From Acidimicrobiia bacterium (GTDB lineage: Bacteria; Actinomycetota; Acidimicrobiia; Acidimicrobiales; CAIXPF01): a stretch of 64,000 nucleotides of DNA. This document shows, piece after piece, positions 56,456 through 64,000 of this stretch; position 1 is the first letter of the stretch, and every line of letters starts with the position of its first letter. Location of the stretch: contig CANJRG010000016.1 in the NCBI GenBank assembly GCA_947476745.1, positions 15,457 to 79,456 on the forward strand. The letters run 5' to 3'. A program made the position numbers and the translations under genes. The notes below the pieces were generated by a model. The model ran no database searches and was not told the origin of the DNA. It worked only from the letters and a program-made list of their open reading frames with translations.

Positions 56456-58894
56456 TCAGCGGAACAGGCCGCAGTCGATGCCTGCCGCGACGTCGGCCTC
56501 GTCGAGGCCGCAAACGTCCCGGTAGACCTCGACGTTGTGCTCGCCGAAAACAGGTGCCCGGCGGTAGGGCGTCAGGTCGGACCCGCTCCACACGGCGGGA
56601 TAGCGATCGTAGGGACGCGGACCGTAGATCGGGTGGTCCGCGAAGCCCTGCCAGAACCCCCGCGCCAGGTGCTGCGCATCCTCGAGCAGGTCCGGGGCGT
56701 TCTGCACCACTCCGGCGGCGACCCCGGCCTGCTGCAGCTGCTCCATAGCCGCCGCCCCCGGGCGGGTCGAACACCACGCGACGAGCAGCTTGTCGAGCTC
56801 GCGGCGTCGGGCCATGCGGTCCTCGGCAGTGCGGTAGGACGGGTTCGAGGCGAGGTCGTCGCCGCCGAGGACCCCGGCGAGCCGTCGCCACATCGTGTCA
56901 TCGGTGGCGCTGACCGCCATCCAACCACCGTCCCCGGTCCGGTACGTGTCGTTGGGCGCCACCACCCCGAAGGGGTCGGCGTTCCCGTCTGGTTCGGTGA
57001 CCCGGCCGTTGGCGGTCAACTCGAGCACCGCCGGGGTGATCAACCACGAACCGACCTCGAGTTGGGCGAGGTCGATGCGTTGGCCCTCACCCGTGCGCCG
57101 ACGGGCCTCGAGCGCCCCCAGGATCTCCATCGCAGCCACGAACCCGGCGGCATGATCGTTCAGCGAGAACCCGCAGCCGATGTCCCGACGATCGGCCGGG
57201 TTGGTCAGGTAGGTGAGCCCGCACAGGGCGTGCACCGTCGGCGCATAGCTGAGCACGTTGCGCCAAGGTCCGTCATGCCCGGGCCCGGACATCGTCACGT
57301 AGATGAGCCGGGGGTTCCAGGCGTGCACCGTCTCCCAGCCCAGCCCCCACCGGGCCAGCACGCCGGCGCTGTAGTTCTCCACCAGGACGTCGCTGGCTTC
57401 GATCAGGCGGCGGGCGACCCCCAGGGCGTCGGGATGTTTCATGTCCAGCAGCGCCGAGCGCTTCGACCGGTTCCATACCGGGTAGTACGGGTAGTCCGGA
57501 CGGTTCACCAGGGTGGCCCGCTCGACGTTCTGCACCTTGACCACGTCGGCGCCGAGATCGCCGAGCATCCGGGTGCAGAACGGCCCGGCCAGTACCCAGG
57601 TGAAGTCGGCGATGCGGATGCCGTCGAGTGGCTTGGCCGACGGGGGACGTGGCGAGGAACCCGGGGCGACCCCGGCCGAACCGCCAGAACCGGCAGCACC
57701 CACCGAACCGGCAGCACCGGCCGGGCGTGTCGGGCCCGTCGAGCGGACCCATTCGTCGAGGACCAGGGCGGCGGGGAGCGGGTCCAGAGGCGGCGGCTGC
57801 GGTGTCGGCGACGGCGTCGCCGACAACTGTGCCGGTCGTCCGGGGGTGATCACCGTCGGGCCGTCCCAGGCCACCGGCTGGAGGAACCCCCGGTGGGCGA
57901 ACTGAGGGTTGGCCACCACCTGCGGGACCGACTGCACCTCACCGAAGGCGATCCGGCGGGACTGTGCCTCGGTGAAGAGGTAGCCAGCGTCGTGACCGAG
58001 GCAGAAGCGTGCGATGAGGGCCATCAGATCGTCGCGCCTGGCCAGGATCTCCTCGATGTCGAGGCCGGCGAACTCGATCGCCTCCTCGAAGCCCTCCTCC
58101 ACCATCCAGTCGATCAACGGTGACGGCGACGGGGTCGGGGTGATCATCACCGTGCCGCTGCGGGCAGGCACCACGTCGTAGACCCGCAACCAGTGCAACG
58201 AGCCCTGTCGGGCCTGTATCGCCGGGAGGTCGTCGAGCCGGTCGGCGTAGAAGTACGGGAAGAACAGGTTCTCGATGCTCCCGGTGACCACCTCGTGGAG
58301 CGAGACGTCGACGTGTTGGCCGCTCCCGCCCGCCCGCACCGCCTGCAACGCGGCCAGCGCACTGATGACGGCCACGAAGCTGCCGAAGTGCTCGTTCTGG
58401 CGTCCCCAACTGTTGAGTGGCTTGTCCACCGGCCCGGTCAACGCGCACACCCCACCGAGGGCCGCAGCGACCAGATCGCTGCCCCGCCAGCCCGCCCGCG
58501 GCCCGTTGTGGCCGAACGCGGTGAGCGAGACCGAGACGAGCGCCGGGTTGCTCACACCAAGGTGGGCGTGGTCCAGACCGTGTTCGGCCAGCCAACCGGG
58601 CTCGGCGTCGTCGATCAGCAGATCGGCCGCCGTCGCCAGCCGTTGCAGCCGGGCGATCCCCTCGGGCGATTCGGGATCGACCGCGACCAGGCGCTTGCCC
58701 CCGTCGTAGGTCCATTCGAGGAGGCCGCCACGCGCCGCCACCGTCGGATCGGCCATCGGGCGACCCGACGGACCCCACCCGGCGGGCTTGACGACGTCCG
58801 CCCCCATCTCCGCCAGGAGCTTGGTGGCGAATCGGGCCGGTCCCGACGCCAGGTCGAGAACCCGTATCCCGGCAAGACTTCCCTCACCCTGCAT
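56456..58894 (-). CDS. tandem two-domain CaiB/BaiF (class III) CoA-transferase
   Basis: Two complete class-III modules (GIRVLDLASGPARFATKLLAEMGADVVKP... and GIRIADFTWVLAGPFCTRMLGDLGADVVKVQN...) joined by a Pro/Ala/Gly/Ser linker. ATG 58894 is preceded by AGGGGA. Confidence 0.8.
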   Translation of the reverse strand: MQGEGSLAGIRVLDLASGPARFATKLLAEMGADVVKPAGWGPSGRPMADPTVAARGGLLEWTYDGGKRLVAVDPESPEGIARLQRLATAADLLIDDAEPGWLAEHGLDHAHLGVSNPALVSVSLTAFGHNGPRAGWRGSDLVAAALGGVCALTGPVDKPLNSWGRQNEHFGSFVAVISALAALQAVRAGGSGQHVDVSLHEVVTGSIENLFFPYFYADRLDDLPAIQARQGSLHWLRVYDVVPARSGTVMITPTPSPSPLIDWMVEEGFEEAIEFAGLDIEEILARRDDLMALIARFCLGHDAGYLFTEAQSRRIAFGEVQSVPQVVANPQFAHRGFLQPVAWDGPTVITPGRPAQLSATPSPTPQPPPLDPLPAALVLDEWVRSTGPTRPAGAAGSVGAAGSGGSAGVAPGSSPRPPSAKPLDGIRIADFTWVLAGPFCTRMLGDLGADVVKVQNVERATLVNRPDYPYYPVWNRSKRSALLDMKHPDALGVARRLIEASDVLVENYSAGVLARWGLGWETVHAWNPRLIYVTMSGPGHDGPWRNVLSYAPTVHALCGLTYLTNPADRRDIGCGFSLNDHAAGFVAAMEILGALEARRRTGEGQRIDLAQLEVGSWLITPAVLELTANGRVTEPDGNADPFGVVAPNDTYRTGDGGWMAVSATDDTMWRRLAGVLGGDDLASNPSYRTAEDRMARRRELDKLLVAWCSTRPGAAAMEQLQQAGVAAGVVQNAPDLLEDAQHLARGFWQGFADHPIYGPRPYDRYPAVWSGSDLTPYRRAPVFGEHNVEVYRDVCGLDEADVAAGIDCGLFR

Positions 58895-58995
58895 AACCGT
58901 CCCCTGCCTGCCGTCACCCGGCGCTGCCGACGCCCCGATTCGCCCCGACCCGGTGCTGCCCGCTGACCGTACCCGTTCGACCCGCACCAGGGACC

Positions 58996-59782
58996 GCAGC
59001 AGCCCCGCGGCGCGAGCGATGCGCACCGCATCGACGATCACCTTGACGCCATGATCCCGGTTGGTCCGGGCCAGCATCTCCTCCGAACCCGACTGTCCCC
59101 CGATGACCAGGTTGTCGTTGTCGCAGTAACGCCCGATTAGGGCCATGGCCTCCGGAGTCACGTGTTCGGGCCGCACCTCGGAGGGGAAGGTCCCGACGAA
59201 GATCCGCGCCCGGGAACCCACCGCCTCCCGCACCGACCCGAGCAACGACTCCACCGCATCGAGCTGCACCGATTCGTCGGGTGACCCGTAGGACAGCGCC
59301 GTCGGGGTCAGGAACCGAACGTCACGGCGCCCGCTGGCCACCATCTGCGCGACATGATCCGCCACGTGGTCCGCCGGGCGATGGCGGAACCGCGCCTTGA
59401 ACATGAACGGGGTCTGACAGAACGTGCAGCCGTACACGCAGCCACGGGTGATCTCGATGGGGTTGTACCGCCCGCGTCGACGGCCGAAGGCCGGGTAGCG
59501 ACCCAGCGGATGACGGCCGGCCGGCTCGTAACGGACCACCTCAGCGTCGGGCCCGACCCGAGCGAGGCCGGGCACGCGCGCCCGGTCGGGCTGCGAGATT
59601 GACGCCGCAGCGTTGCGCAGCGCCCGGACCAGCTCGACGAAGGGCTCCTAGACCTCGCCGACCACCACCAGGTCGAAGCCGACGGCCAGCGTCGCCGCCG
59701 GCTCGGCCGAGGCGTGGACTCCCCCGCAGACATGGCGGACCGGGCCGGGCGCCTCGCAGGCGAAGCGAGCCAGTGCGGCCAT
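58996..59782 (-). pseudogene. B12-binding-domain/radical SAM gene remnant (5'- and 3'-truncated, in-frame TAG at 59648-59650)
   Basis: Manual minus-strand translation gives ...VCGGVHASAEP...GFDLVVVGEV-TAG-EPFVELV...IEITRGCVYGCTFCQTPF (CxxxCxxC)...FLTPTALSYG...VIGGQSGSEEML...VRIARAAGLL, after which similarity ends. Confidence 0.7.
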
Positions 59783-59785
59783 GAC

Positions 59786-59815
59786 GGGTGAGCACCCCAG
59801 CCAGGGTGCTCACCC
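59786..59815. other. orphan perfect 12-bp stem-loop at the 5' truncation boundary of the radical SAM remnant
   Basis: GGGTGAGCACCC-CAGCCA-GGGTGCTCACCC. Confidence 0.6.
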
Positions 59816-59899
59816 GGCCGACCACCGGCGATACGCAGCAGCGGGTCGCCGGTCGCCTAAGGTCAGGCCGTTCAAAAGCCGTGGGTCAAGGGGTTCGCG

Positions 59900-60829
59900 A
59901 TGGCGTTACTGGCCGGAGGCCGCATTCGAGGCGTGGCGAAAGCGCTCGGCGGCAATCCTCTCGACAACGCCGAGCTGGCCGCTCGCTACGGCGTCGAACC
60001 CAGTTGGATCCTCGAACGGACCGGCATCGAACGCCGCTGGGTCGGAGCCCAACTCGACGAGTTGGCCGGCACCGCGGCCGAGCGGGCCATGGCGGCGGCA
60101 GGCCTCGGACCCGACGACCTCGACCTGATCATCCTGGCCACCAGCACGGCGATGCGACAGGTCCCCGCCACTGCGGTGCGCATTGCCGGGCGGCTGGGCT
60201 CGCGCTGCGGCTGTGTCGACGTCAACGCGGTGTGCAGCGGCTTCGTGTACGGCCTGCAGCTCGCCTATGGGCAACTGGCCATAGGCGCCCGCAGGGTGCT
60301 CGTGGTCGGCGCCGACAGCTTCAGTGAGCTGGTCGACTACGAGGACCGCAACAGCGCCATCCTCTTCGGTGACGGCGCCGGCGCGGTGGTCCTCGAGGCC
60401 TGCCCCGACGCAGGGTTGCTGGGCTTCCACAGCTCGAGTGACTCCGACGGCGAGAACCTGTTGTACGCCGAGCGCAACGGCAAGATCTCGATGGAGGGCC
60501 GCGAGATCTTCCGCCGTGCGGTCACCACCATGGCCGAGAGCGTGTCCATCACCCTCGAACGGGCCGGCCTCGAGGTCGGCGATGTCGACCTCGTCGTGCC
60601 CCACCAGGCCAACGTGCGGATCATCGACGCGCTGGCCCGTCGGGCAGGGCTCGAGAACACCCCGGTCGCTCTCAACATCGCCGGGCACGGCAACAGCAGC
60701 GCCGGAACGGTACCGATGGCCCTGGCCGATCACATCACCGACGTACGGGCCCCCGAACCGGGCGAGAAGGTGCTGTTCGTCAGCTTCGGGGCCGGCCTGG
60801 TGGCCGCCTCGGCGCTGGTCCAGTGGTGA
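59900..60829 (+). CDS. beta-ketoacyl-ACP synthase III (FabH-like)
   Basis: Cys-His-Asn triad contexts VNAVCSGFVYGL, VVPHQANVRI and GHGNSSAGT. ATG 59900 is preceded by AAGGGG. No other fab genes are nearby. Confidence 0.8.
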   Translation: MALLAGGRIRGVAKALGGNPLDNAELAARYGVEPSWILERTGIERRWVGAQLDELAGTAAERAMAAAGLGPDDLDLIILATSTAMRQVPATAVRIAGRLGSRCGCVDVNAVCSGFVYGLQLAYGQLAIGARRVLVVGADSFSELVDYEDRNSAILFGDGAGAVVLEACPDAGLLGFHSSSDSDGENLLYAERNGKISMEGREIFRRAVTTMAESVSITLERAGLEVGDVDLVVPHQANVRIIDALARRAGLENTPVALNIAGHGNSSAGTVPMALADHITDVRAPEPGEKVLFVSFGAGLVAASALVQW

Positions 60830-60908
60830 CGACGCAGGTCCTACCGGTTCGCCGCTGACGCCTTCGGACGGTCCGCGACGTGGGACCGGCGGCCCGGCGG
60901 CAGGCGAC

Positions 60909-61841
60909 TCAGCGGAACGCCGGGATGACCGTCTCCGCGATGAGACGGGTGTTCTCCTCGACGTACTCCGGAGGACAGCCCTGTGAGAACATGATCTTGC
61001 GCGCCCCCGCGTCGATGTACTCACGTAGCCGAGCGATGCAGTCGTCGGGCGAGCCGGCGATGGTGTACTTGTCCACCAGCTTGCTGAAGTCCTGGTTGTA
61101 CTGCTTGCTGAGCTGCTGGTTGGCCAACTCGAGGGCCCGGGTGCGGTCCTCGTGCACGCAGGTGAAGATGAACAGCCCGCCTTTGACGGTGCCGGCCGGA
61201 CGCTCGGCCTCCTCGGTGAAACGGGCGATCTTCACCATGCTCTCGTCGAGCATCTCCGGGGTGTACATGTACGGCAGCCAGCCCTCGGCCAACCGTGCCG
61301 CCCGTCGCATGGCCACGTCCTTGCGGCCGGCCACCCAGAACGGCACGCGTGGCTTCTGCACGCCACGCGGCGAGATCGACACCCCGTCGAGCTTGGTGAA
61401 GCGGCCGTCGAAATGCACGTCCTTCTGGGTCAGCAGCAGGTCGAGCACCCGCAACGCCTCGTCGGTGCGGGCACCGCGCTGGTTGACCGGCACGCCGACG
61501 GCGGCGAACTCCTTGGGGAACTCGCCGCCGACCCCGATCCCGAGGCTGAAGCGCCCGTCGGAGACCACGTCAAGCACCGCGACCTGCTTGGCCAGCAGCG
61601 CTGCCGGGTACAACGGGACCAGCACGATGCCGCTCATCAGCTTGATGCGCTCGGTGGCCCCGGCGGCGGCGGCGAGGGACACCAGGTTGTTGGCCACCGG
61701 CCCGTGGAACATCACGTGCTCACCGGTGAGCAGGTAGTCGTAGCCGAGGTCCTCGGCCTGGCGGGCCTCGGCCTTGGCCCCGTTCAACAAGCGCAACGAC
61801 ACCCCGAACTCGATGGCGTCGCCGTTGGTATCCGTGCTCAT
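60909..61841 (-). CDS. LLM-class F420-dependent oxidoreductase
   Basis: LGYDYLLTGEHV...SDGRFSLGIGVGG...PRVPFWVAG. ATG 61841 is preceded by GGGGAGG. Confidence 0.85.
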   Translation of the reverse strand: MSTDTNGDAIEFGVSLRLLNGAKAEARQAEDLGYDYLLTGEHVMFHGPVANNLVSLAAAAGATERIKLMSGIVLVPLYPAALLAKQVAVLDVVSDGRFSLGIGVGGEFPKEFAAVGVPVNQRGARTDEALRVLDLLLTQKDVHFDGRFTKLDGVSISPRGVQKPRVPFWVAGRKDVAMRRAARLAEGWLPYMYTPEMLDESMVKIARFTEEAERPAGTVKGGLFIFTCVHEDRTRALELANQQLSKQYNQDFSKLVDKYTIAGSPDDCIARLREYIDAGARKIMFSQGCPPEYVEENTRLIAETVIPAFR

Positions 61842-61978
61842 GTCGGCCTCCCCGTGACCTGCTATGGGTGACGAGCCTGGCACAGCGTCCCGACACCTGC
61901 CAGTGCGGTGCCGTCCCCGTCGCCGTCCCGCCAGGGCACCGACGGTGTCGCTTCGGACGACCCGCGGGGCGGCACCGA

Positions 61979-62773
61979 TCAGCGCTGGCAGCCCGGACAG
62001 GCGTAGCAGGGCCGGTTGGCCAACGGGAACCAGCGGATGTCACCGCCGCAGCGCAGACACACCCGCCGTTTGTAGGCGTAGGTGGTCTCCCCGCGGCGAT
62101 GCCGAGCGCCCGCCGGCAGGCCCACTTCGGCCCGGTCGACGGTCACGATCCGATTGGCCTTGACCCCGGCACGCAGCATCGAACCGATGGTGTCCCACAA
62201 CGCCTGGCGTTCGACGTCACCGAGCGAGCTGCCACGGCGTTCGGGGTCGACCCCACAGACGAACAGCGCCTCTGCCCGGTAGACGTTGCCGACCCCGGCG
62301 ATCACCGCCTGGTCGAGCAGCAGCCCGCCGATCGGCGCCTTGCTACGGGCCACGCGCCGATGGAACCGCTCCGGGTCGCCATCGGCCCGCAGCGGGTCGG
62401 GGCCGAGCCGGGCCACGATGCGGTCGCGGTCGGCCTCGTCGCCGAGGGAACAGTCGGTCGGCCCGCTCAGGTCCACGGTGGCCGACGGCGCCCGCATCCG
62501 CAGGCGTACGGATTCGCCCGGCGCCGGTGGTTCGGGCCCGCGATGGATGCGGAACTTGCCGAACAGGCCAAGGTGAACGTGCAGCACCGTGCCGTCGTCC
62601 CAGCGGTAGAACAAGTGCTTTCCGTAGGCCTCGATGCCCTCGACGGTCAGGCCGTCGAGGCAGACCGCACCGTCGGCGAAACGTCCTTGCGGGGAGCTGA
62701 CCTGGGGCACGTGGCCGACCAGCAATGGTCGGTGGTCCTTGGCGATGCGATGGATCGTGTGCCCCTCAGGCAC
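61979..62773 (-). CDS. nei: Fpg/Nei family DNA glycosylase (endonuclease VIII-like)
   Basis: GTG 62773 gives the mature N-terminus PEGHT (catalytic Pro after Met). H2TH motif GLLLDQAVIAGVGNVYRAEALF. C-terminal zinc finger CLRCGG...CPGCQ. Confidence 0.88.
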   Translation of the reverse strand: MPEGHTIHRIAKDHRPLLVGHVPQVSSPQGRFADGAVCLDGLTVEGIEAYGKHLFYRWDDGTVLHVHLGLFGKFRIHRGPEPPAPGESVRLRMRAPSATVDLSGPTDCSLGDEADRDRIVARLGPDPLRADGDPERFHRRVARSKAPIGGLLLDQAVIAGVGNVYRAEALFVCGVDPERRGSSLGDVERQALWDTIGSMLRAGVKANRIVTVDRAEVGLPAGARHRRGETTYAYKRRVCLRCGGDIRWFPLANRPCYACPGCQR

Positions 62774-62818
62774 GGCAAACACCCTGGTCGAGGGCAGACC
62801 TCGCCCGCACGGGCAGGA

Positions 62819-63307
62819 TCAGTCTGCCGGGTCGATCGGCTGAACCGACCCGTGACGCTCGAGCACCTTGCGGAAGTCGTCGAGGGTCATCTCACCGATG
62901 CGTTGCCCTTCGTCGTCGAAGATCTCCCAGATCACGCCGCCGACCGCCACCATCGACAGATGGATGATCGCACCCTCCGGACCGCCCTGCTCGGAGTGCA
63001 GGTGGTCGCCCTCGTTGCTGCCGAAGAACCCAACCGGACGCACCTGCTCGAGGTACCAGCCGTCCGCGCCGAGTGCCCAGGTTCGGTGCTCGCCCTCCAC
63101 GACCAGGGTGTCGGTGGGGCCGAGGTGGCGGTGGGCCGGGCAGCGCACACCCGGAGCGAAGCGGAAGAAGATGTCGACCTGCTGGCGGGCGTCGTTCACG
63201 CCGAGCACCCACATCGACAGGCCTTCGTACCCACGCAGCGGCCGCCAGTCGATAGCAGCGTCGTCGAGTCGGAGCTGGGGACGGACCGCGGTGCTGCTCG
63301 ATGCCAT
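62819..63307 (-). CDS. ChrR-like cupin domain protein
   Basis: FRFAPGVRCPAHRHLGPTDTLVVEGEH cupin motif. Start at ATG 63307; the rest of ORF 62819..64000 is antisense. Confidence 0.65.
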   Translation of the reverse strand: MASSSTAVRPQLRLDDAAIDWRPLRGYEGLSMWVLGVNDARQQVDIFFRFAPGVRCPAHRHLGPTDTLVVEGEHRTWALGADGWYLEQVRPVGFFGSNEGDHLHSEQGGPEGAIIHLSMVAVGGVIWEIFDDEGQRIGEMTLDDFRKVLERHGSVQPIDPAD

Positions 63308-63496
63308 GCCCCGAGGGTAGACCGTCACGGGGGGCGGACGGCATCCCGAAGCCACCACGCCCGCCGCAGGACTCACCCCGGCGCGCCGACCGCGCAACCG
63401 TGCGGATCGAACGCCCCGGTCGGCCAGGCCCGCGTACAGGCCTTGGCGCGTCCGTAGTGTCGCGGGGGTAGGTCGAGACGAAAGCACAGGTGCCCT

Positions 63497-64000
63497 TTGT
63501 CCACGCCGCTGACCATTCCGGGTCCCTGGGCCGTCGCCCGCCATGCCCTGCCCAACGTGGTGATCGGCAAGCTGGTCCCCTTGGCACTGTTCGTCGGCTT
63601 CCTCCGCCTCGTGGGGATCACCGGCGCCCTGCTGGTCGCCCTCGCGTGGTCGATCGGGGTCATGGTGCATCGCCGCGCCACCGGCCGGGCCATCCCTGGC
63701 CTGGTGCTGTTCAGCACCATCGGCCTCGCCGGGCGGACCGTCCTGGCGTTGGCCACCGGCAGCGTCGTCGCCTATTTCCTCCAGCCGACGATCAGCACGG
63801 CGCTGGTCGGCCTGGCCTTCGGGGCATCGGTGGCGACGCGTCGTCCCCTCGCCGAGCGGCTCGCCCGCGACTTCTGCCCACTCGACGCCGACGCCGCCAA
63901 CCATCCGATGCTGCGCCTGTTCTTCGTCCGGTTGTCGTTGCTGTGGGCCTTCACCAGCCTGCTCAACGCCGGCGTCACGTTGTGGCTGCTGCTGACCCAA
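63497..64000 (+). CDS. integral membrane protein (DUF3159/VC0807-like), 3' end outside the window
   Basis: Manual translation of the open frame gives ...ARHALPNVVIGKLVPLALFVGFLRLVGITGALLVALAWSIGVMVHRR...YFLQPTISTALVGLAFGASV... with several TM helices. It is absent from the ORF track because no stop falls in the window. The start is uncertain (TTG 63497 or GTG 63557). Confidence 0.5.
   Translation, partial: MSTPLTIPGPWAVARHALPNVVIGKLVPLALFVGFLRLVGITGALLVALAWSIGVMVHRRATGRAIPGLVLFSTIGLAGRTVLALATGSVVAYFLQPTISTALVGLAFGASVATRRPLAERLARDFCPLDADAANHPMLRLFFVRLSLLWAFTSLLNAGVTLWLLLTQ

Noticed and set aside
56456-59575. 1039-aa radical-SAM plus double CaiB fusion protein as called by the ORF track
   Set aside because: The radical-SAM part is truncated at both ends. 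Its upstream continuation is interrupted by TAG. A good RBS/ATG (58894) starts the CaiB part. I treat it as a pseudogene plus an intact gene, while flagging a genuine fusion as the alternative.
59648-59650. In-frame TAG as pyrrolysine or programmed read-through
   Set aside because: No pyl genes or PYLIS-like context are visible. The lineage looks actinobacterial, and the gene is also truncated at both ends. A simple nonsense mutation in a decaying gene is the most economical reading.

Overview
High-GC (roughly 70%) chromosomal window with Actinomycetota-style gene content: F420/LLM enzymes, monomeric isocitrate dehydrogenase, an ECF sigma factor and GGAGG-type ribosome-binding sites. I support about 60 protein-coding genes, packed tightly on both strands. 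I found no rRNA, tRNA, CRISPR array, transposase, integrase or phage gene. Most six-frame ORFs are GC-driven antisense or over-extended artefacts, so many starts were trimmed to the point where family similarity and an RBS begin. The content is mainly CoA-dependent acyl/lipid-type catabolism: three class-III CoA-transferases (one a tandem fusion), one class-I CoA-transferase, two enoyl-CoA hydratases, two thiolase-like/DUF35 pairs, an HSD10-type SDR, an acyl-CoA ligase and a BKACE enzyme. There is also a heavy load of F420-type redox enzymes (four LLM oxidoreductases and one DDN-type nitroreductase). Housekeeping genes are scattered through the window (ychF, tmk, icd, ogt, nei). Points worth a second look: (1) a radical-SAM/B12-domain gene remnant with an in-frame TAG, left in open frame with an unusual two-domain CaiB-type CoA-transferase; (2) an uncharacterised catabolic cluster at 47.4-58.9 kb, flanked by a perfect 26-bp palindrome and a recurring GTCGATTCGCC motif; (3) a 10-gene minus-strand array that includes Cys-less thiolase-like/DUF35 modules, a TY-Chap/YbjN-like protein and an unknown helical protein/kinase/beta-rich protein/cyclase operon; (4) an ECF sigma factor translationally coupled to an N-terminally extended Ogt; (5) a COG2403 (cyclic-2,3-diphosphoglycerate-synthetase-like) gene with DUF1918; (6) a second gene remnant (P-type ATPase N-terminus); (7) several perfect short tandem repeats (5, 14, 15, 16 and 18 bp periods) at gene junctions. 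All functional calls come from reading the translations by eye. No database search was run.
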